Shown here: piece by piece, positions 8,756-20,167 of the stretch
Numbering within the stretch: position 1 is the first letter of the stretch
How the letters are laid out: each line of letters opens with the position of its first letter
Source: Verrucomicrobiia bacterium
Lineage (GTDB): Bacteria > Verrucomicrobiota > Verrucomicrobiia > Limisphaerales > UBA11358
DNA: 64,000 nt
Direction of reading: 5' to 3'
Assembly (NCBI GenBank): GCA_035945675.1
Contig: DASZAB010000034.1
Coordinates: 30,255-94,254 of the forward strand
Position numbers and translations under genes: made by a program
The notes under the pieces: model-generated
The model's database searches: none
What the model was told of the DNA's origin: nothing
Seen by the model: only the letters and a program-made list of their open reading frames with translations

Positions 8756-11700
8756 ATGGACTACAAAAATACATTAAACCTGCCGCGCACCGATTTCCCG
8801 ATGAAAGCCGACCTCGTGGCCCGGGAGCCGGAACGGCTGAATCAGTGGGAAAAGACCGGGCTTTACCGGAAAATCCAAGCCGCCCGCGCCGGAGCCGGAG
8901 AAAAGTTCGTTTTGCACGACGGCCCGCCTTTTGCCAACGGCGACGTCCATATCGGCACCGCGCTGAACAAGATTCTCAAGGACATCGTTGTTAAATATAA
9001 GACCTTACGCGGTTTTAGCGCGCCGTATGTGCCGGGCTGGGATTGTCATGGATTGCCCATTGAATTCAAGGTTTCCCAGGAGATGCGCAAGGCGGGCGAT
9101 GCCAGCGCCGACGCCGCGACCATTCGCAAGGCCTGTGAAACGTACGCCCGGAAGTACATTGACATCCAGCGTGTGCAGTTCAAACGGCTCGGTGTGCTGG
9201 GCGACTGGGAGAATCCCTACCTTACGCTGAACAAGGAATACGAGGCCGAAGAATTGCGGTTGTTCGCCAACATCGTTGAGAAAGGCTTTGTTTATCGCGG
9301 GAAAAAGCCGGTTTATTGGAGCATTCCCTGCCGTACGGCGCTCGCCGAGGCGGAAGTGGAATACAAGGACCACGTCAGCCCGAGCATTTACGTAAAGTTT
9401 CCCGTTAGTGGCCGGGCAAACACCTTTGTGCTCATCTGGACGACGACCCCCTGGACGCTTCCGGCGAACCTGGCTGTCGCTTACAACGATAAATTCCAAT
9501 ACCTCCAGGTCGGAGTTGGTGGCGAAAAATACATTTTATTCCGTGGTTTGCTTCCGGTCGTCGCCGAAAAATGCGGCTGGGTAAATTACACGCAATCGCC
9601 TTTCCCGACCGAAGAGCTCGCCAGGTTGGAATACCAGCACCCCTTCATCCCGGCGCGTAAAGGCAAAGCCTACGCTGCCGATTTTGTTACCAGCGACACC
9701 GGCACGGGTTTCGTCCATATAGCTCCCGGCCACGGTCTCGAAGACTATGGCCTGGGCTCGTCCGTCGGTCTGCCGATTTATTCGCCGGTGGACGATGACG
9801 GCAAGTTCGCCTACACGAACGAGTTGCCCGCGGAGCAACAGATGCCAAAGGAAATGATCGGCAAATCGATTCTCGAAAAGCATGGCAAAAGTGACGCCAA
9901 TGAAGCGGTTTTGCACGAACTCCGCGCGCACCATGCCCTGCTGCACCAGGAAAATTATCATCACAGCTACCCGCACTGCTGGCGCAGCAAAACGCCCGTC
10001 ATCTTCCGCGCGATGGACCAATGGTTCATCGAGATTGACCATGTGCTGGAGGGCACTGCTTCGTCAGTGCCCGAACATTTGGGGCAGCGACGAAGCGCCG
10101 CCCTCCAGGGTGAAACCTTTCGCAGTATCGCCCTCGCCGAAATTGACCGCGTGAATTGGGTTCCCGACTGGGGCGTCAATCGCATCAAAGCCGCCGTTGC
10201 CACAAGGCCCGATTGGTGCATTTCCCGGCAACGCACCTGGGGCGTGCCGATTCCGGCGTTTTACGACGCCAGGGGTGAACCGATTCTCGATGCGCAAATC
10301 GTCCGCAACGCCGCCGATTTGATAGAGAAACACGGCTCGAACGTCTGGTTCGAGAAATCCGCCGTCGACCTCTGGTCGCTCTTGAAACCGGAAGGTTGGA
10401 AGGGCGCGGAAGCGGTTTCCAAATCCAGCGACACCCTTGACGTGTGGATTGATTCCGGCAGCTCGTCACGAAGCGTGTTGATGCGACGGGAAGAATTGCA
10501 TCATCCCGCAGGACAGGCTTCCCGCCTGTCTCCATCTGAGAACAGAAAGTCAGAGACAGCCAAGATGCCGGTCGTGCAATGGCAGGCCGACATGTATTTC
10601 GAAGGTTCCGACCAGCATCGCGGCTGGTTTCAATCATCGCTGCTGCTCTCGCTGGCGGGCAATGGCACGGCCCCGTTCAAAATGGTGCTCACGAGCGGCT
10701 TTGTCGTGGATGCGGATCGCGAGAAGATTTCCAAGAGCAAACAGGGCGGCTATGAAAAACCGCAGACCGCCGAGGCCTATGTGAAGAAATGGGGCGCGGA
10801 CATCGTGCGACTGTGGGTGGCCTCGCAGGATTATCGCAACGACATCATCGTGAGCGAGGAGCGCATCGCCAAGGTCGCCGAGACCTACCGCGTCATCCGC
10901 AACGCGCTGCGCTATCAGCTCTCGAATCTTTACGATTTCGATCCGGCCAATCATTCCGTGCCGGACGAAAAGCTGACCGGCCTGGATCGCTGGATTTTGG
11001 GCGAATTCTCGAAACTGGAGCAGGAAGTTATCCAGGCTTACGACAATTACGAATTTCATGTGGTTTACCAGAAGGTCAGCCAGTTCCTTGCCGTTGAGCT
11101 CTCGGCGATCTACCACGACGTCATCAAGGACCGGCTTTACACCGACCCGGCGAATTCGCAGCGCCGCCGCTCGACGCAGACCACGCTGCACCGGCTCGTG
11201 ACCGGCCTTTGCCAGATGCTCGCGCCGATTTTGTCGTTCACGGCGGACGAGGCCTGGGAATTTGTGCCGGGGAAGAAAGAAGATTCTGTTCACGAAGTGA
11301 CTTGGCAGCCGCAATCATTAAAATCCCGTGCAGGACAACCGGAAGCTTGGTCGCTTCTTTTTGAATGGAGAGATCGGCTTTTGCCGGAATTGGAAAAAAT
11401 GCGGAAGGACAAATTGATTGGCAAATCTTTGGAATCAAAAATCGCCATTCCCTTTGCCGGCAAATCAGAACAATTCGACTCGTTGAGTTTTGTTGGTGGC
11501 AACGTTCAATCCTTGAAAGAGCTTTTGAATGTTTCGCAACTTTCAATTTGGCAATCGGACGGTTCGCCAGCCCCCCAGGAGGCAGAAGGAATGTTTAGCG
11601 CGGAAGAATTGAATGCTGTGCATTCGAGTCGGGAAGGATTTGCGATTAAGGTTTTGCACGCCGACGGCCAGAAATGCGAGCGCTGCTGGCATTGGGAAAC

Positions 11701-11779
11701 GGATGTCGGCTCGAATCCGGAGCACCCGACCATTTGCGGGCGTTGCGTCGCGGCGGTGCTGCAAGCCAAAGCATCATAG
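8756..11779 (+). CDS. ileS: Isoleucine--tRNA ligase (type 1, C-terminal zinc finger)
   Basis: HIGH region [16 protein letters not shown]-like [16 protein letters not shown]-terminal CERCWHW..CGRC. ATG at 8756 ([16 protein letters not shown]). Confidence 0.97.
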   Translation: MDYKNTLNLPRTDFPMKADLVAREPERLNQWEKTGLYRKIQAARAGAGEKFVLHDGPPFANGDVHIGTALNKILKDIVVKYKTLRGFSAPYVPGWDCHGLPIEFKVSQEMRKAGDASADAATIRKACETYARKYIDIQRVQFKRLGVLGDWENPYLTLNKEYEAEELRLFANIVEKGFVYRGKKPVYWSIPCRTALAEAEVEYKDHVSPSIYVKFPVSGRANTFVLIWTTTPWTLPANLAVAYNDKFQYLQVGVGGEKYILFRGLLPVVAEKCGWVNYTQSPFPTEELARLEYQHPFIPARKGKAYAADFVTSDTGTGFVHIAPGHGLEDYGLGSSVGLPIYSPVDDDGKFAYTNELPAEQQMPKEMIGKSILEKHGKSDANEAVLHELRAHHALLHQENYHHSYPHCWRSKTPVIFRAMDQWFIEIDHVLEGTASSVPEHLGQRRSAALQGETFRSIALAEIDRVNWVPDWGVNRIKAAVATRPDWCISRQRTWGVPIPAFYDARGEPILDAQIVRNAADLIEKHGSNVWFEKSAVDLWSLLKPEGWKGAEAVSKSSDTLDVWIDSGSSSRSVLMRREELHHPAGQASRLSPSENRKSETAKMPVVQWQADMYFEGSDQHRGWFQSSLLLSLAGNGTAPFKMVLTSGFVVDADREKISKSKQGGYEKPQTAEAYVKKWGADIVRLWVASQDYRNDIIVSEERIAKVAETYRVIRNALRYQLSNLYDFDPANHSVPDEKLTGLDRWILGEFSKLEQEVIQAYDNYEFHVVYQKVSQFLAVELSAIYHDVIKDRLYTDPANSQRRRSTQTTLHRLVTGLCQMLAPILSFTADEAWEFVPGKKEDSVHEVTWQPQSLKSRAGQPEAWSLLFEWRDRLLPELEKMRKDKLIGKSLESKIAIPFAGKSEQFDSLSFVGGNVQSLKELLNVSQLSIWQSDGSPAPQEAEGMFSAEELNAVHSSREGFAIKVLHADGQKCERCWHWETDVGSNPEHPTICGRCVAAVLQAKAS
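10049..10105 (+). repeat. In-frame palindromic insertion 1 in ileS
   Basis: 17-nt imperfect inverted repeat GAGGGCACTGCTTCGTC / GACGAAGCGCCGCCCTC, 57 nt in total. Encodes [19 protein letters not shown]. The segment is absent from the E. coli IleS sequence as I recall it. Confidence 0.7.
10508..10579 (+). repeat. In-frame hairpin-repeat insertion 2 in ileS
   Basis: Perfect hairpin GACAGGC-ttccc-GCCTGTC (10512-10530) plus a decayed second arm GAGACAGCCAAGATGCCGGTC. Encodes [24 protein letters not shown], just before the GSDQHRGWF motif. Confidence 0.65.
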
Positions 11780-11853
11780 AAAAGCCGCCTTGCTGGTGGC
11801 AGACACGCATCAAAAATCACGCCGGCTGCCGGGTGAGGCGATGCAGTGAATTG

Positions 11854-11909
11854 AACAACAAAGAAACAAAGTCACGAAGTCCGCTTCGTTCCCCGGTTGC
11901 TTTGTTGTT
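11854..11909 (+). other. Nested hairpin downstream of ileS (possible terminator or repeat)
   Basis: Outer stem AACAACAAAG / CTTTGTTGTT and inner stem ACGAAG-tccg-CTTCGT. There is no clear T-run. Confidence 0.35.
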
Positions 11910-11985
11910 AAAAAGTGGCTTCGGCTCCCGTCTCAGATTTGAGCAGGCCTGAGGCTTGCGCTACCTTAGCTTCGTTGCCAAAGCA

Positions 11986-12594
11986 ATGAACAACGAAATC
12001 AAAACCGCCGCCGCCGATTCGCAATCGCCGGCAGTGCGAAAATTCCGGCTGGTGTTGAGCTTGCTGGTTGCTGTGCTGGCCTTGCTCGCGTTCGAGGTGT
12101 TTTATGTCTTTTCCGCACCCTCCCTGGATCCCGAACAAAAGGCATTGCAGGCATGGGAAGGCGTCCGCGCGCCGGATTTCTCCGTGACCAATCTGGACGG
12201 CCGAACGGTTCATCTGGCCGATTTGAAGGGCAAACGGGTCGTGCTGAATTTTTGGGCGACGTGGTGTCCGCCGTGTCTGGAAGAAATTCCCAATTTCATT
12301 AAATTGCGCGGCGATACCTCGCTCACGAATGTGGTCATCCTCGGCATCAGCACGGACGACCCGGCGCCACAGAAGGCTTTCGCGCGGCGGCAAGGCATCA
12401 ATTATCCGCTTACCATCATGGGGAACGCGCCGTCACCATATCAAGACGTGGACACGATTCCCGTGACGATGGTCATCGATCGCAACGGCATTATCCAGCA
12501 CGTGCTGTTTGGCCCGCAGGATTTTGCGCACCTGAAAACATACGCAGCGGAATCTGATTTTGCCGGAACCGTCAAAGCCGCGCCGGTGAATTGA
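11986..12594 (+). CDS. TlpA/ResA-family thiol:disulfide oxidoreductase (membrane-anchored thioredoxin)
   Basis: N-terminal TM helix. Active site NFWATWCPPC. Redoxin-fold motifs. Confidence 0.85.
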   Translation: MNNEIKTAAADSQSPAVRKFRLVLSLLVAVLALLAFEVFYVFSAPSLDPEQKALQAWEGVRAPDFSVTNLDGRTVHLADLKGKRVVLNFWATWCPPCLEEIPNFIKLRGDTSLTNVVILGISTDDPAPQKAFARRQGINYPLTIMGNAPSPYQDVDTIPVTMVIDRNGIIQHVLFGPQDFAHLKTYAAESDFAGTVKAAPVN

Positions 12595-12667
12595 ACCATT
12601 CCGCTTGAACAACCGGGAAACGACGTTACGAAACTCAAACGGCTTTGTTTCCTCGTTTCCGGGTGGT

Positions 12668-13807
12668 TCAACCTTGCGCCGGCTGCTGCTGCGTGAGGCA
12701 GTGCAACGTACCGCGACCGAGAACCAGGTCCACCGCGTGGAGGCCCACGACCGGCCGGTCTTTGAACAGTTCGCCCAAAATCCCCAGGGCAAGGCGGTCG
12801 TTGGGATCATTAAATGTCGGGACCAGGACGGCGGCGTTGCCGATGTAGAAATTTGCATAGCTCGCGGGCAAACGTTGGCTGTCAAAATAAAGCGGCGACG
12901 GCATGGGCAGCTCGACCACCTCCGGCTTGCCGCCGTCTTCCAGCCGTAGATCCCGGATGCGCTCCCGGTTTTCGGCGAGCGGGCGGTAATTCACGTCTTT
13001 TGAATTTTTTTCGCGCACCAGCACAAGCGTCCTGGGATTAACGAAGCGGCAAATGTCGTCAATGTGCCCGTGGGTGTCATCGCCGACCGGGCCCTTGGCC
13101 AGCCAAAAGACGTTCCGGACACCAAGATAATTTTTCAACGTCTTCTCGATTTCTGTTTTGCCGAGGCCGGGATTGCGGACCTGGACTTTAGGATCGAGGT
13201 AACATTGCTCCGTTGAGAGCAGCGTGCCGCGGCCGTTCAACTCGATGCCGCCGCCTTCAATGACGAATGGCCGGCCGTGGCATTCGGCGTGAAAAAGTTT
13301 CATTCGCAAAATGCGCGCGGCGGTCTCGGGCACTTTTGCGTCCTTGCGCCAGTTGCGGTATCTGGCCCAGCCGTTGAAATGGAAATGAACGATGGCGGTC
13401 TCGGTTTTGCCCTCACCCGGCCTCCGGCCACCCTCTCCCATCGGATGGGAGAGGGACAGGGGTGAGGGTCGTTTGACAAAAATCGGGCCGCTATCGCGCA
13501 TCCAGCTCCGATTCGTCGGGTGCACGGTAAACCGGATTTTCTCCAAATTGCAGCCGGCGCACTTGAGGATTCGGCGCGCAGAATTTTCCTCGGCTTGGTG
13601 GCGGACGAGAATGCAAACAATTTCACCCGGGGAAATTTTTCGCACCATTTCACCATAGACCCAGGGAATAACGGCGAATTTGCCCGGCCAGTCGCTGGCG
13701 TTATGCGGCCAGCTGAGCCAGGTGGCTTCATGCGGTTCCCATTCTGCCGGCATCCGGTAGCCCAGGTCGGCGGGAGTTGCTGTGTTTGCGGATTGCAGGT
13801 TCACCAT
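12668..13807 (-). CDS. aguA: Agmatine deiminase (PAD_porph family)
   Basis: YRMPAEWEPHEATWLSWP, RDSGPIFV, FNGWA, DDTHGHIDD, and C-terminal GTLHCLTQQQP with the catalytic Cys. ATG at 13807 chosen. Confidence 0.85.
   Translation of the reverse strand: MVNLQSANTATPADLGYRMPAEWEPHEATWLSWPHNASDWPGKFAVIPWVYGEMVRKISPGEIVCILVRHQAEENSARRILKCAGCNLEKIRFTVHPTNRSWMRDSGPIFVKRPSPLSLSHPMGEGGRRPGEGKTETAIVHFHFNGWARYRNWRKDAKVPETAARILRMKLFHAECHGRPFVIEGGGIELNGRGTLLSTEQCYLDPKVQVRNPGLGKTEIEKTLKNYLGVRNVFWLAKGPVGDDTHGHIDDICRFVNPRTLVLVREKNSKDVNYRPLAENRERIRDLRLEDGGKPEVVELPMPSPLYFDSQRLPASYANFYIGNAAVLVPTFNDPNDRLALGILGELFKDRPVVGLHAVDLVLGRGTLHCLTQQQPAQG
13410..13468. repeat. In-frame palindromic insertion in the agmatine deiminase gene
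   Basis: Perfect 12-bp arms CCCTCTCCCATC / GATGGGAGAGGG, nested in CCCTCACC..GGTGAGGG. Encodes PSPLSLSHPMGEGGRRPGEG between the conserved RDSGPIFV and FNGWA motifs. Confidence 0.75.
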
Positions 13808-14047
13808 AAAGGTGCGCCGAGCATAATCACCTGGCCCGCTCTCGGAAATCTTGAAACGCCGTTCACTGGCTGGAGCAGCAGGGTTTACAGGGGGGATTGG
13901 TTGAGCTTCCAACCATTATAATCGCCCACATTACGAATTAGTTCAAATGAAATATTTTTAAAAAAGTGACAGTGATCGGGTGCAAATCCACCTCCCTTGA
14001 ACGACCATAAATCAGGAACAGCGATTGCTCACAACGGTCTCGCTCTT

Positions 14048-15106
14048 ATGAAGATGAGCCTAAAGAAACCCAGAAATCGGGCGGCTGTGACAAGCACGAC
14101 GTTCATTGAGCTGTTGCTCTTGTCGCTGGCCTGTCTTGCTGTATCCCGATTCCCTGTGCAAGCGGCTCAGCAGATGGTCATCCAATTGGCCGCCGGGGCG
14201 ACGAGCTTGCAAGTCCAACGCGCTCTGGATCTTCTGCCTGAAGGCGGTGGTGAAGTGGTGTTGTCGGCGGGGGTTTTTACAGTGGATCAACCCATTGTGC
14301 TGCGTCGGGATCATCAGACCTTGCGCGGTGCCGGGAAGGAAACCATCCTCCGGCTGGAGGACGGTGCCAATTGCCCGGTCATCATCATGGGAGAACCGGT
14401 CAATAATCCGAAGCACACCATCCGATATCTGCGCGTCAACAATCTTTTCATTGATGGGAACCGCTCCCACCAGCAGCGCGAACTCTGGCGATTGCGCGGT
14501 GAAGGTTCGCAAATCCGCAATAACGGGATCACGGTCCAAAACGTGAGCGATTCGGTCGTGGCCCATGTGACCTGCGCCCGCTCCCGCTCGGGCGGTCTGG
14601 TCACCACGCGAGGGGTGCGGCGGCTGACCGTGCAGGATCTGACGGCGTTTGACAACGAATTCGACGGCCTGGCTTGTTATCATACGGAGGATTCCCTGTT
14701 CACGGAGCTGAATCTCCACCACAACCCGGGTGCGGGCATATCGCTTGATCTCGCTTTTAACCACAACGTGATCAGCAACGCGGTGCTGGCTGCCAATGAC
14801 CTGGGCATCTTCATGCGGGCAAGCCGGGGCAACCGATTTTATAACATTTCCATCCAGGACAGCCGCCATTACGGGGTCTTCATGGCCCACACAGAGAGGC
14901 AGACCGGGCGGGGTTGGGGACCGGCGCCCCGGACCGAGTGCGTGCACAACGCTTTCACCAACCTCATCGCCAGCGGTTGCGGCAGCGCCGCCTTCCGGGT
15001 CAATGACACCACCTGCACCAACAATGTCATCATCGGCGCCAAATTTCATGATGATGTTCACGGCGGGCTCTCGCTCGCCCGGCCGGATTTGGTCGTGCTG
15101 CAGTAA
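14048..15106 (+). CDS. Secreted right-handed parallel beta-helix repeat protein
   Basis: Signal or anchor helix, then repeated beta-helix turns (IDGN, ITVQNVSDSVV, NHNVISNAVL, NRFYNISIQDS, TNNVIIGAKF). Confidence 0.7.
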   Translation: MKMSLKKPRNRAAVTSTTFIELLLLSLACLAVSRFPVQAAQQMVIQLAAGATSLQVQRALDLLPEGGGEVVLSAGVFTVDQPIVLRRDHQTLRGAGKETILRLEDGANCPVIIMGEPVNNPKHTIRYLRVNNLFIDGNRSHQQRELWRLRGEGSQIRNNGITVQNVSDSVVAHVTCARSRSGGLVTTRGVRRLTVQDLTAFDNEFDGLACYHTEDSLFTELNLHHNPGAGISLDLAFNHNVISNAVLAANDLGIFMRASRGNRFYNISIQDSRHYGVFMAHTERQTGRGWGPAPRTECVHNAFTNLIASGCGSAAFRVNDTTCTNNVIIGAKFHDDVHGGLSLARPDLVVLQ

Positions 15107-15243
15107 CTCCAGTGCCATTTTAGATTTCGACGCAGCTCTGCCCACCGCAGGAAATGTTGCGGTGACCAATTTTGAATTTGGGGATTGGCAATCGCGCAGA
15201 CCTTTGTATCGTGGAGCAACGCGGAATTTTTCAGAGTCCATCT

Positions 15244-16245
<1,002 letters not shown>

Positions 16246-16337
16246 GACGGAAGGGGGCCGTCCCGGCCCATTTCTGCAATAAACGCTTGTAAGGAAAAAA
16301 ATTTTCGGACAAAGTGCCGCGCCAAAAATGTTCTACG

Positions 16338-17795
16338 ATGTTGGAATTCAAAAATAGAATTTTGTTCGTGGGCTACGGTGCCGTGGCGCAATGTGCGCTG
16401 CCCATCCTGTTCAAGCACCTCAAGACGCCCGCCAAAAACCTTACGGTCATGGATTTCGAGGACCGGCGCAGCGTGTTGTCGCCGTGGCTCAAACGCGGCG
16501 TGAAGTTCGCCCGCAAACGCGTGACGCGCGAAAATATGGACGCGCTGCTGGGCCAATATCTCTCCGCGGGCGACCTGTTGATTGACCTCGCGTGGAACAT
16601 TGACTGTTGCGAAATCCTCCAGTGGTGTCACGAGCGCGGCGTGCTTTACATCAATACCTCGGTCGAGTTGTGGGACCCGTATGAAAATTCCCGGGGCGCG
16701 CCGCCCCAGCAGATGACGCTTTACTGGCGGCACATGAACATCCGCCGGATGATTGCCCAATGGCCGCAACCCGGCCCGACGGCGGTGCTGGAGCACGGCG
16801 CAAATCCGGGTCTGATTTCGCACTTCACCAAGCAGGGTTTGATTGACATCGGCAAACGCGCCGTCAAGGACCGGAAAATCACCGGCGCCGCGGCGGAAGA
16901 AATCCAGCAATTGATTGCCGACGAAAAATTCAGCCGGTTGGCGATGAAGCTCGGCGTGAAGGTGATTCATTGCAGCGAACGCGACACGCAAATCACCGAC
17001 CAGCCGAAGGCGGTGGACGAATTTGCCAACACCTGGAGCGTCGAAGGTTTCCGCGAGGAAGGCACCACGACCACGGAGATGGGGTGGGGCACGCATGAGA
17101 AGGAATTGCCGGCGCTGGCGCATGAGCACGCCGACGGCCCGCGCAACCAGATTTGCCTCGCCCGCATGGGCATCAATACCTGGGTGCGGTCATGGGTGCC
17201 GGATTATTGCATCCACGGCATGGTCGTGCGCCACGGCGAGGCGTTCACGATCTCCGACCGGCTGACGGTCCGGGAAAACGGCAGGGCGGTTTATCGCCCA
17301 ACGGTCCATTACGCCTATTGCCCGGCAGACGTGGCCATCGCGTCACTCAACGAACTGCGCGGCTACGATTATCAATTGCAGCCCAAGGCACGCATCCTGA
17401 ACGACGAAATCACCAGCGGCGCGGACATTTTGGGCGCGTTGCTGATGGGCCACGCCTACAATTCCTGGTGGGTCGGCAGCGACCTGAGCATCGGCGAATC
17501 ACGCCGGCTCGTGCCGCACCAGAACGCCACGACGATGCAAGTGGCGATCTCCGTCATCGCTGCCGCGATGTGGATGATTGAAAATCCGGCTCGTGGCGTC
17601 CTCGTGCCGGACGATTTGCCGCACGATTACGTTTTAAAAATTTCCAGGCCGTATCTCGGCAGGTGGATTTCCAAGCCGTCGGATTGGACGCCATTAAAGC
17701 ACCGCACCAACGTGTTCGGGGCTCACAGCCAGCCGGACCTGGATCTGGCCGACCCGTGGCAATTCAAGAATTTTCTCGTCACCAACGGAGAATAA
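16338..17795 (+). CDS. hss: Homospermidine synthase (bacterial HSS, saccharopine dehydrogenase-like)
   Basis: Collinear with the Blastochloris viridis HSS as I recall it: GANPGLISHF, HCSERDTQ, NTWSVEGF, VYRPTVHYAYCP, QNATTMQV, DPWQFKNFLV. Confidence 0.9.
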   Translation: MLEFKNRILFVGYGAVAQCALPILFKHLKTPAKNLTVMDFEDRRSVLSPWLKRGVKFARKRVTRENMDALLGQYLSAGDLLIDLAWNIDCCEILQWCHERGVLYINTSVELWDPYENSRGAPPQQMTLYWRHMNIRRMIAQWPQPGPTAVLEHGANPGLISHFTKQGLIDIGKRAVKDRKITGAAAEEIQQLIADEKFSRLAMKLGVKVIHCSERDTQITDQPKAVDEFANTWSVEGFREEGTTTTEMGWGTHEKELPALAHEHADGPRNQICLARMGINTWVRSWVPDYCIHGMVVRHGEAFTISDRLTVRENGRAVYRPTVHYAYCPADVAIASLNELRGYDYQLQPKARILNDEITSGADILGALLMGHAYNSWWVGSDLSIGESRRLVPHQNATTMQVAISVIAAAMWMIENPARGVLVPDDLPHDYVLKISRPYLGRWISKPSDWTPLKHRTNVFGAHSQPDLDLADPWQFKNFLVTNGE

Positions 17796-18938
17796 ATGAT
17801 TTCCAAGAACTTGCTGAAAAGACTGGCGGCGAAACACGGCACACCGCTGTTCGTGGTGGACCACGACGAACTGCGGCGCAACTACGCGATGTTCAAAAAA
17901 TATCTGCCGCGCATCCAGGTTTACTACGCCGTGAAGGCCAATTCCGATCCGGCCATCGTCCGCACGTTTTACCGGGCCGGCGCCAGTTTCGACGTGGCTT
18001 CCATGCCCGAGTTCGAGAACGTGTATGGGAATATCAAACAACTGCCGGCGCAGGCGCGGCAGGATTGGATCTGGGACAAGATCATTTACGCCAATCCCAT
18101 CAAGGCGATTGAGACTTTGAAGCAGCTTGACCAGTACAAGCCGTTGGTTACTTACGACAATTACGAAGAGATCAAGAAAATTAAAAAATATGCGCCGCAC
18201 GCCGGGCTGGCCTTGCGGTTGATGGTGCCCAATACCGGCGCGATGGTGGAACTTTCCTCCAAATTCGGCGCGTCGCCCGGCGAGGCGGTGGACATGATCC
18301 TCGAAGCCGACCGCGTGGGCCTGACCGTCGAAGGCATCAGTTTCCACGTCGGCAGCCAGACGACGAATTTTGGAAACTATGTCGCCGCCATCAACCTGGC
18401 CGCGAACATTTTCAAGGAAGCGCGCGACCGTGGTTATAGCAAAATGAACCTGCTCGATATCGGCGGCGGTTTTCCCGCGCCGTATGACGCCACGGTCAAA
18501 CCGTTCCGTGAATTGGCAACCGTTATCAACCGTGAACTGGAGCGGTTGTTTCCGAAAAACATCCAGATTCTCGCCGAGCCGGGCCGTTTCCTGTGCGCGA
18601 CCGCCGCGACCGCCGTTTCCAAAATCATCGGCAAGGCCGTGCGCGACGGCAAGCTGCGCTACTACATCAACGACGGCGTGTACCACACCTTTTCCGGCGT
18701 CATCTTTGACCACTGCCAGTATCACCTGAAGGCGTTCAAGAAAGGCCCGACGCAGATCTGTTCCGTGTTCGGGCCAACGTGCGACGCGCTGGACGTGGTT
18801 TCGATGGCGGAAAATCTGCCGGACAACCTGGAGATCGGCGACCTGCTTTACAGCGAACAAATCGGCGCTTACAGCCACGCCTCCTCGACCTATTTCAATG
18901 GTTTCCCGCCGGCGACGGTCGTGCATGTGAACCAATAA
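17796..18938 (+). CDS. PLP-dependent ornithine/lysine decarboxylase (ODC-like, alanine racemase fold)
   Basis: YAVKAN (PLP Lys), DIGGGFP, EPGRF, GPTCDALD. The start abuts the hss stop codon. Confidence 0.85.
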   Translation: MISKNLLKRLAAKHGTPLFVVDHDELRRNYAMFKKYLPRIQVYYAVKANSDPAIVRTFYRAGASFDVASMPEFENVYGNIKQLPAQARQDWIWDKIIYANPIKAIETLKQLDQYKPLVTYDNYEEIKKIKKYAPHAGLALRLMVPNTGAMVELSSKFGASPGEAVDMILEADRVGLTVEGISFHVGSQTTNFGNYVAAINLAANIFKEARDRGYSKMNLLDIGGGFPAPYDATVKPFRELATVINRELERLFPKNIQILAEPGRFLCATAATAVSKIIGKAVRDGKLRYYINDGVYHTFSGVIFDHCQYHLKAFKKGPTQICSVFGPTCDALDVVSMAENLPDNLEIGDLLYSEQIGAYSHASSTYFNGFPPATVVHVNQ

Positions 18939-19085
18939 ACAGCGGCCTTAAACCATTGGCCTGAGTTCCGGTCGATTCGCGTCACATCCGGTGCGTTGGC
19001 GTTCGCAGCTGACCGAAATCGGGGAGCATTTTTGAACGAAATCCGTCCGACCATTGTTGAATTAACCATAACCCATAAGATTTCC

Positions 19086-20120
19086 ATGTGGCGGATGCCA
19101 AATGCCCGTTTCGAACTGATGGCGCTGATCGGGGTCGCGCTCCTGAGCCACCAATCCCTTGCGGCAAGAGCAGTTTACGCTGATTTCAAATCGACTGCGG
19201 GACTGGTCTTGCAGGGCTACGCCAGGCAGGTTGCAGGGAAGCTTAGGATTGTTCCGGCAATCGGCGGACAAGGCCGCGGCGGTGTGTGGCTGGACACGAA
19301 GCAGCCGGTGGAACACGGTTTTGACACGACGTTCCAGATCCGGATGACAGACAAATATGTTTACGGCGCGGACGGTCTTGCCTTTGTGATTCAGAATCCG
19401 GCCCCGGCGCTCGGTGCTGCCGGAGGCAATATAGGTTACGGCGGCCTGACCAATTTGCTCGTGGTAAAATTCGATGACTACCATTGGCAGGACCATACAT
19501 TTGTAGCTTTTGACGAAATCGGAGTTCTGGCGGCTGCTTCACCGACAACGCCACTTTGGGATGTGTCGGCCGACTACAGCGCGTCGATTGTCAAAGGCGT
19601 GGTGTTTTCCGACGGACGGGTCCACACGGTAAGAATCGTTTATGTCCCCAACAGCTTACAGGTTTATTTGGATGATCTGGATAATCCCCGGATGACCGTT
19701 TATGTCAATCTGGCCAAGGTCATGGACCTGGATCAAGGTCGCGCCTGGGTGGGTTTCACGGCGGCCTCGGGCGCGGATTGGCAGAATCATGATTTGATCA
19801 GTTGGGCCTTTGATTCAACCGCAGACGCTACCGAACCAAATGGCGCCCCTGATTCGCCGCCAATACAAATCCCGAATCCGGCGCCACCGCCATCCCCATC
19901 AATTTTTCCGGGGCAGAATAGATCAGCCCCTGCGACGACACCGCTGGCCATTGATCCTTCGTTTGGTTATCGCTTGCCGGATGGCGTCGGTCCGGCAAAC
20001 CCAATTGAGACCTCGACCAATCTCGTTGAATGGACTCCCCTGACGAATGCCGTTTTCTATTTTCGCGACCCGGGATCCACCAACTATTCGCAACGTTTCT
20101 ACCGCTTCCCGAAAAACTGA
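19086..20120 (+). CDS. Secreted L-type (legume-like) lectin domain protein with FYR-type C-terminal tail
   Basis: Signal peptide. GADGLAFVIQN and GFTAASGADWQNHDLISWAF lectin motifs. Ends RFYRFPKN. Confidence 0.7.
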   Translation: MWRMPNARFELMALIGVALLSHQSLAARAVYADFKSTAGLVLQGYARQVAGKLRIVPAIGGQGRGGVWLDTKQPVEHGFDTTFQIRMTDKYVYGADGLAFVIQNPAPALGAAGGNIGYGGLTNLLVVKFDDYHWQDHTFVAFDEIGVLAAASPTTPLWDVSADYSASIVKGVVFSDGRVHTVRIVYVPNSLQVYLDDLDNPRMTVYVNLAKVMDLDQGRAWVGFTAASGADWQNHDLISWAFDSTADATEPNGAPDSPPIQIPNPAPPPSPSIFPGQNRSAPATTPLAIDPSFGYRLPDGVGPANPIETSTNLVEWTPLTNAVFYFRDPGSTNYSQRFYRFPKN

Positions 20121-20167
20121 CAGCGCGAGATTGAATTCCTTTTCATTTCGCGCCATGCTCAACCGAA

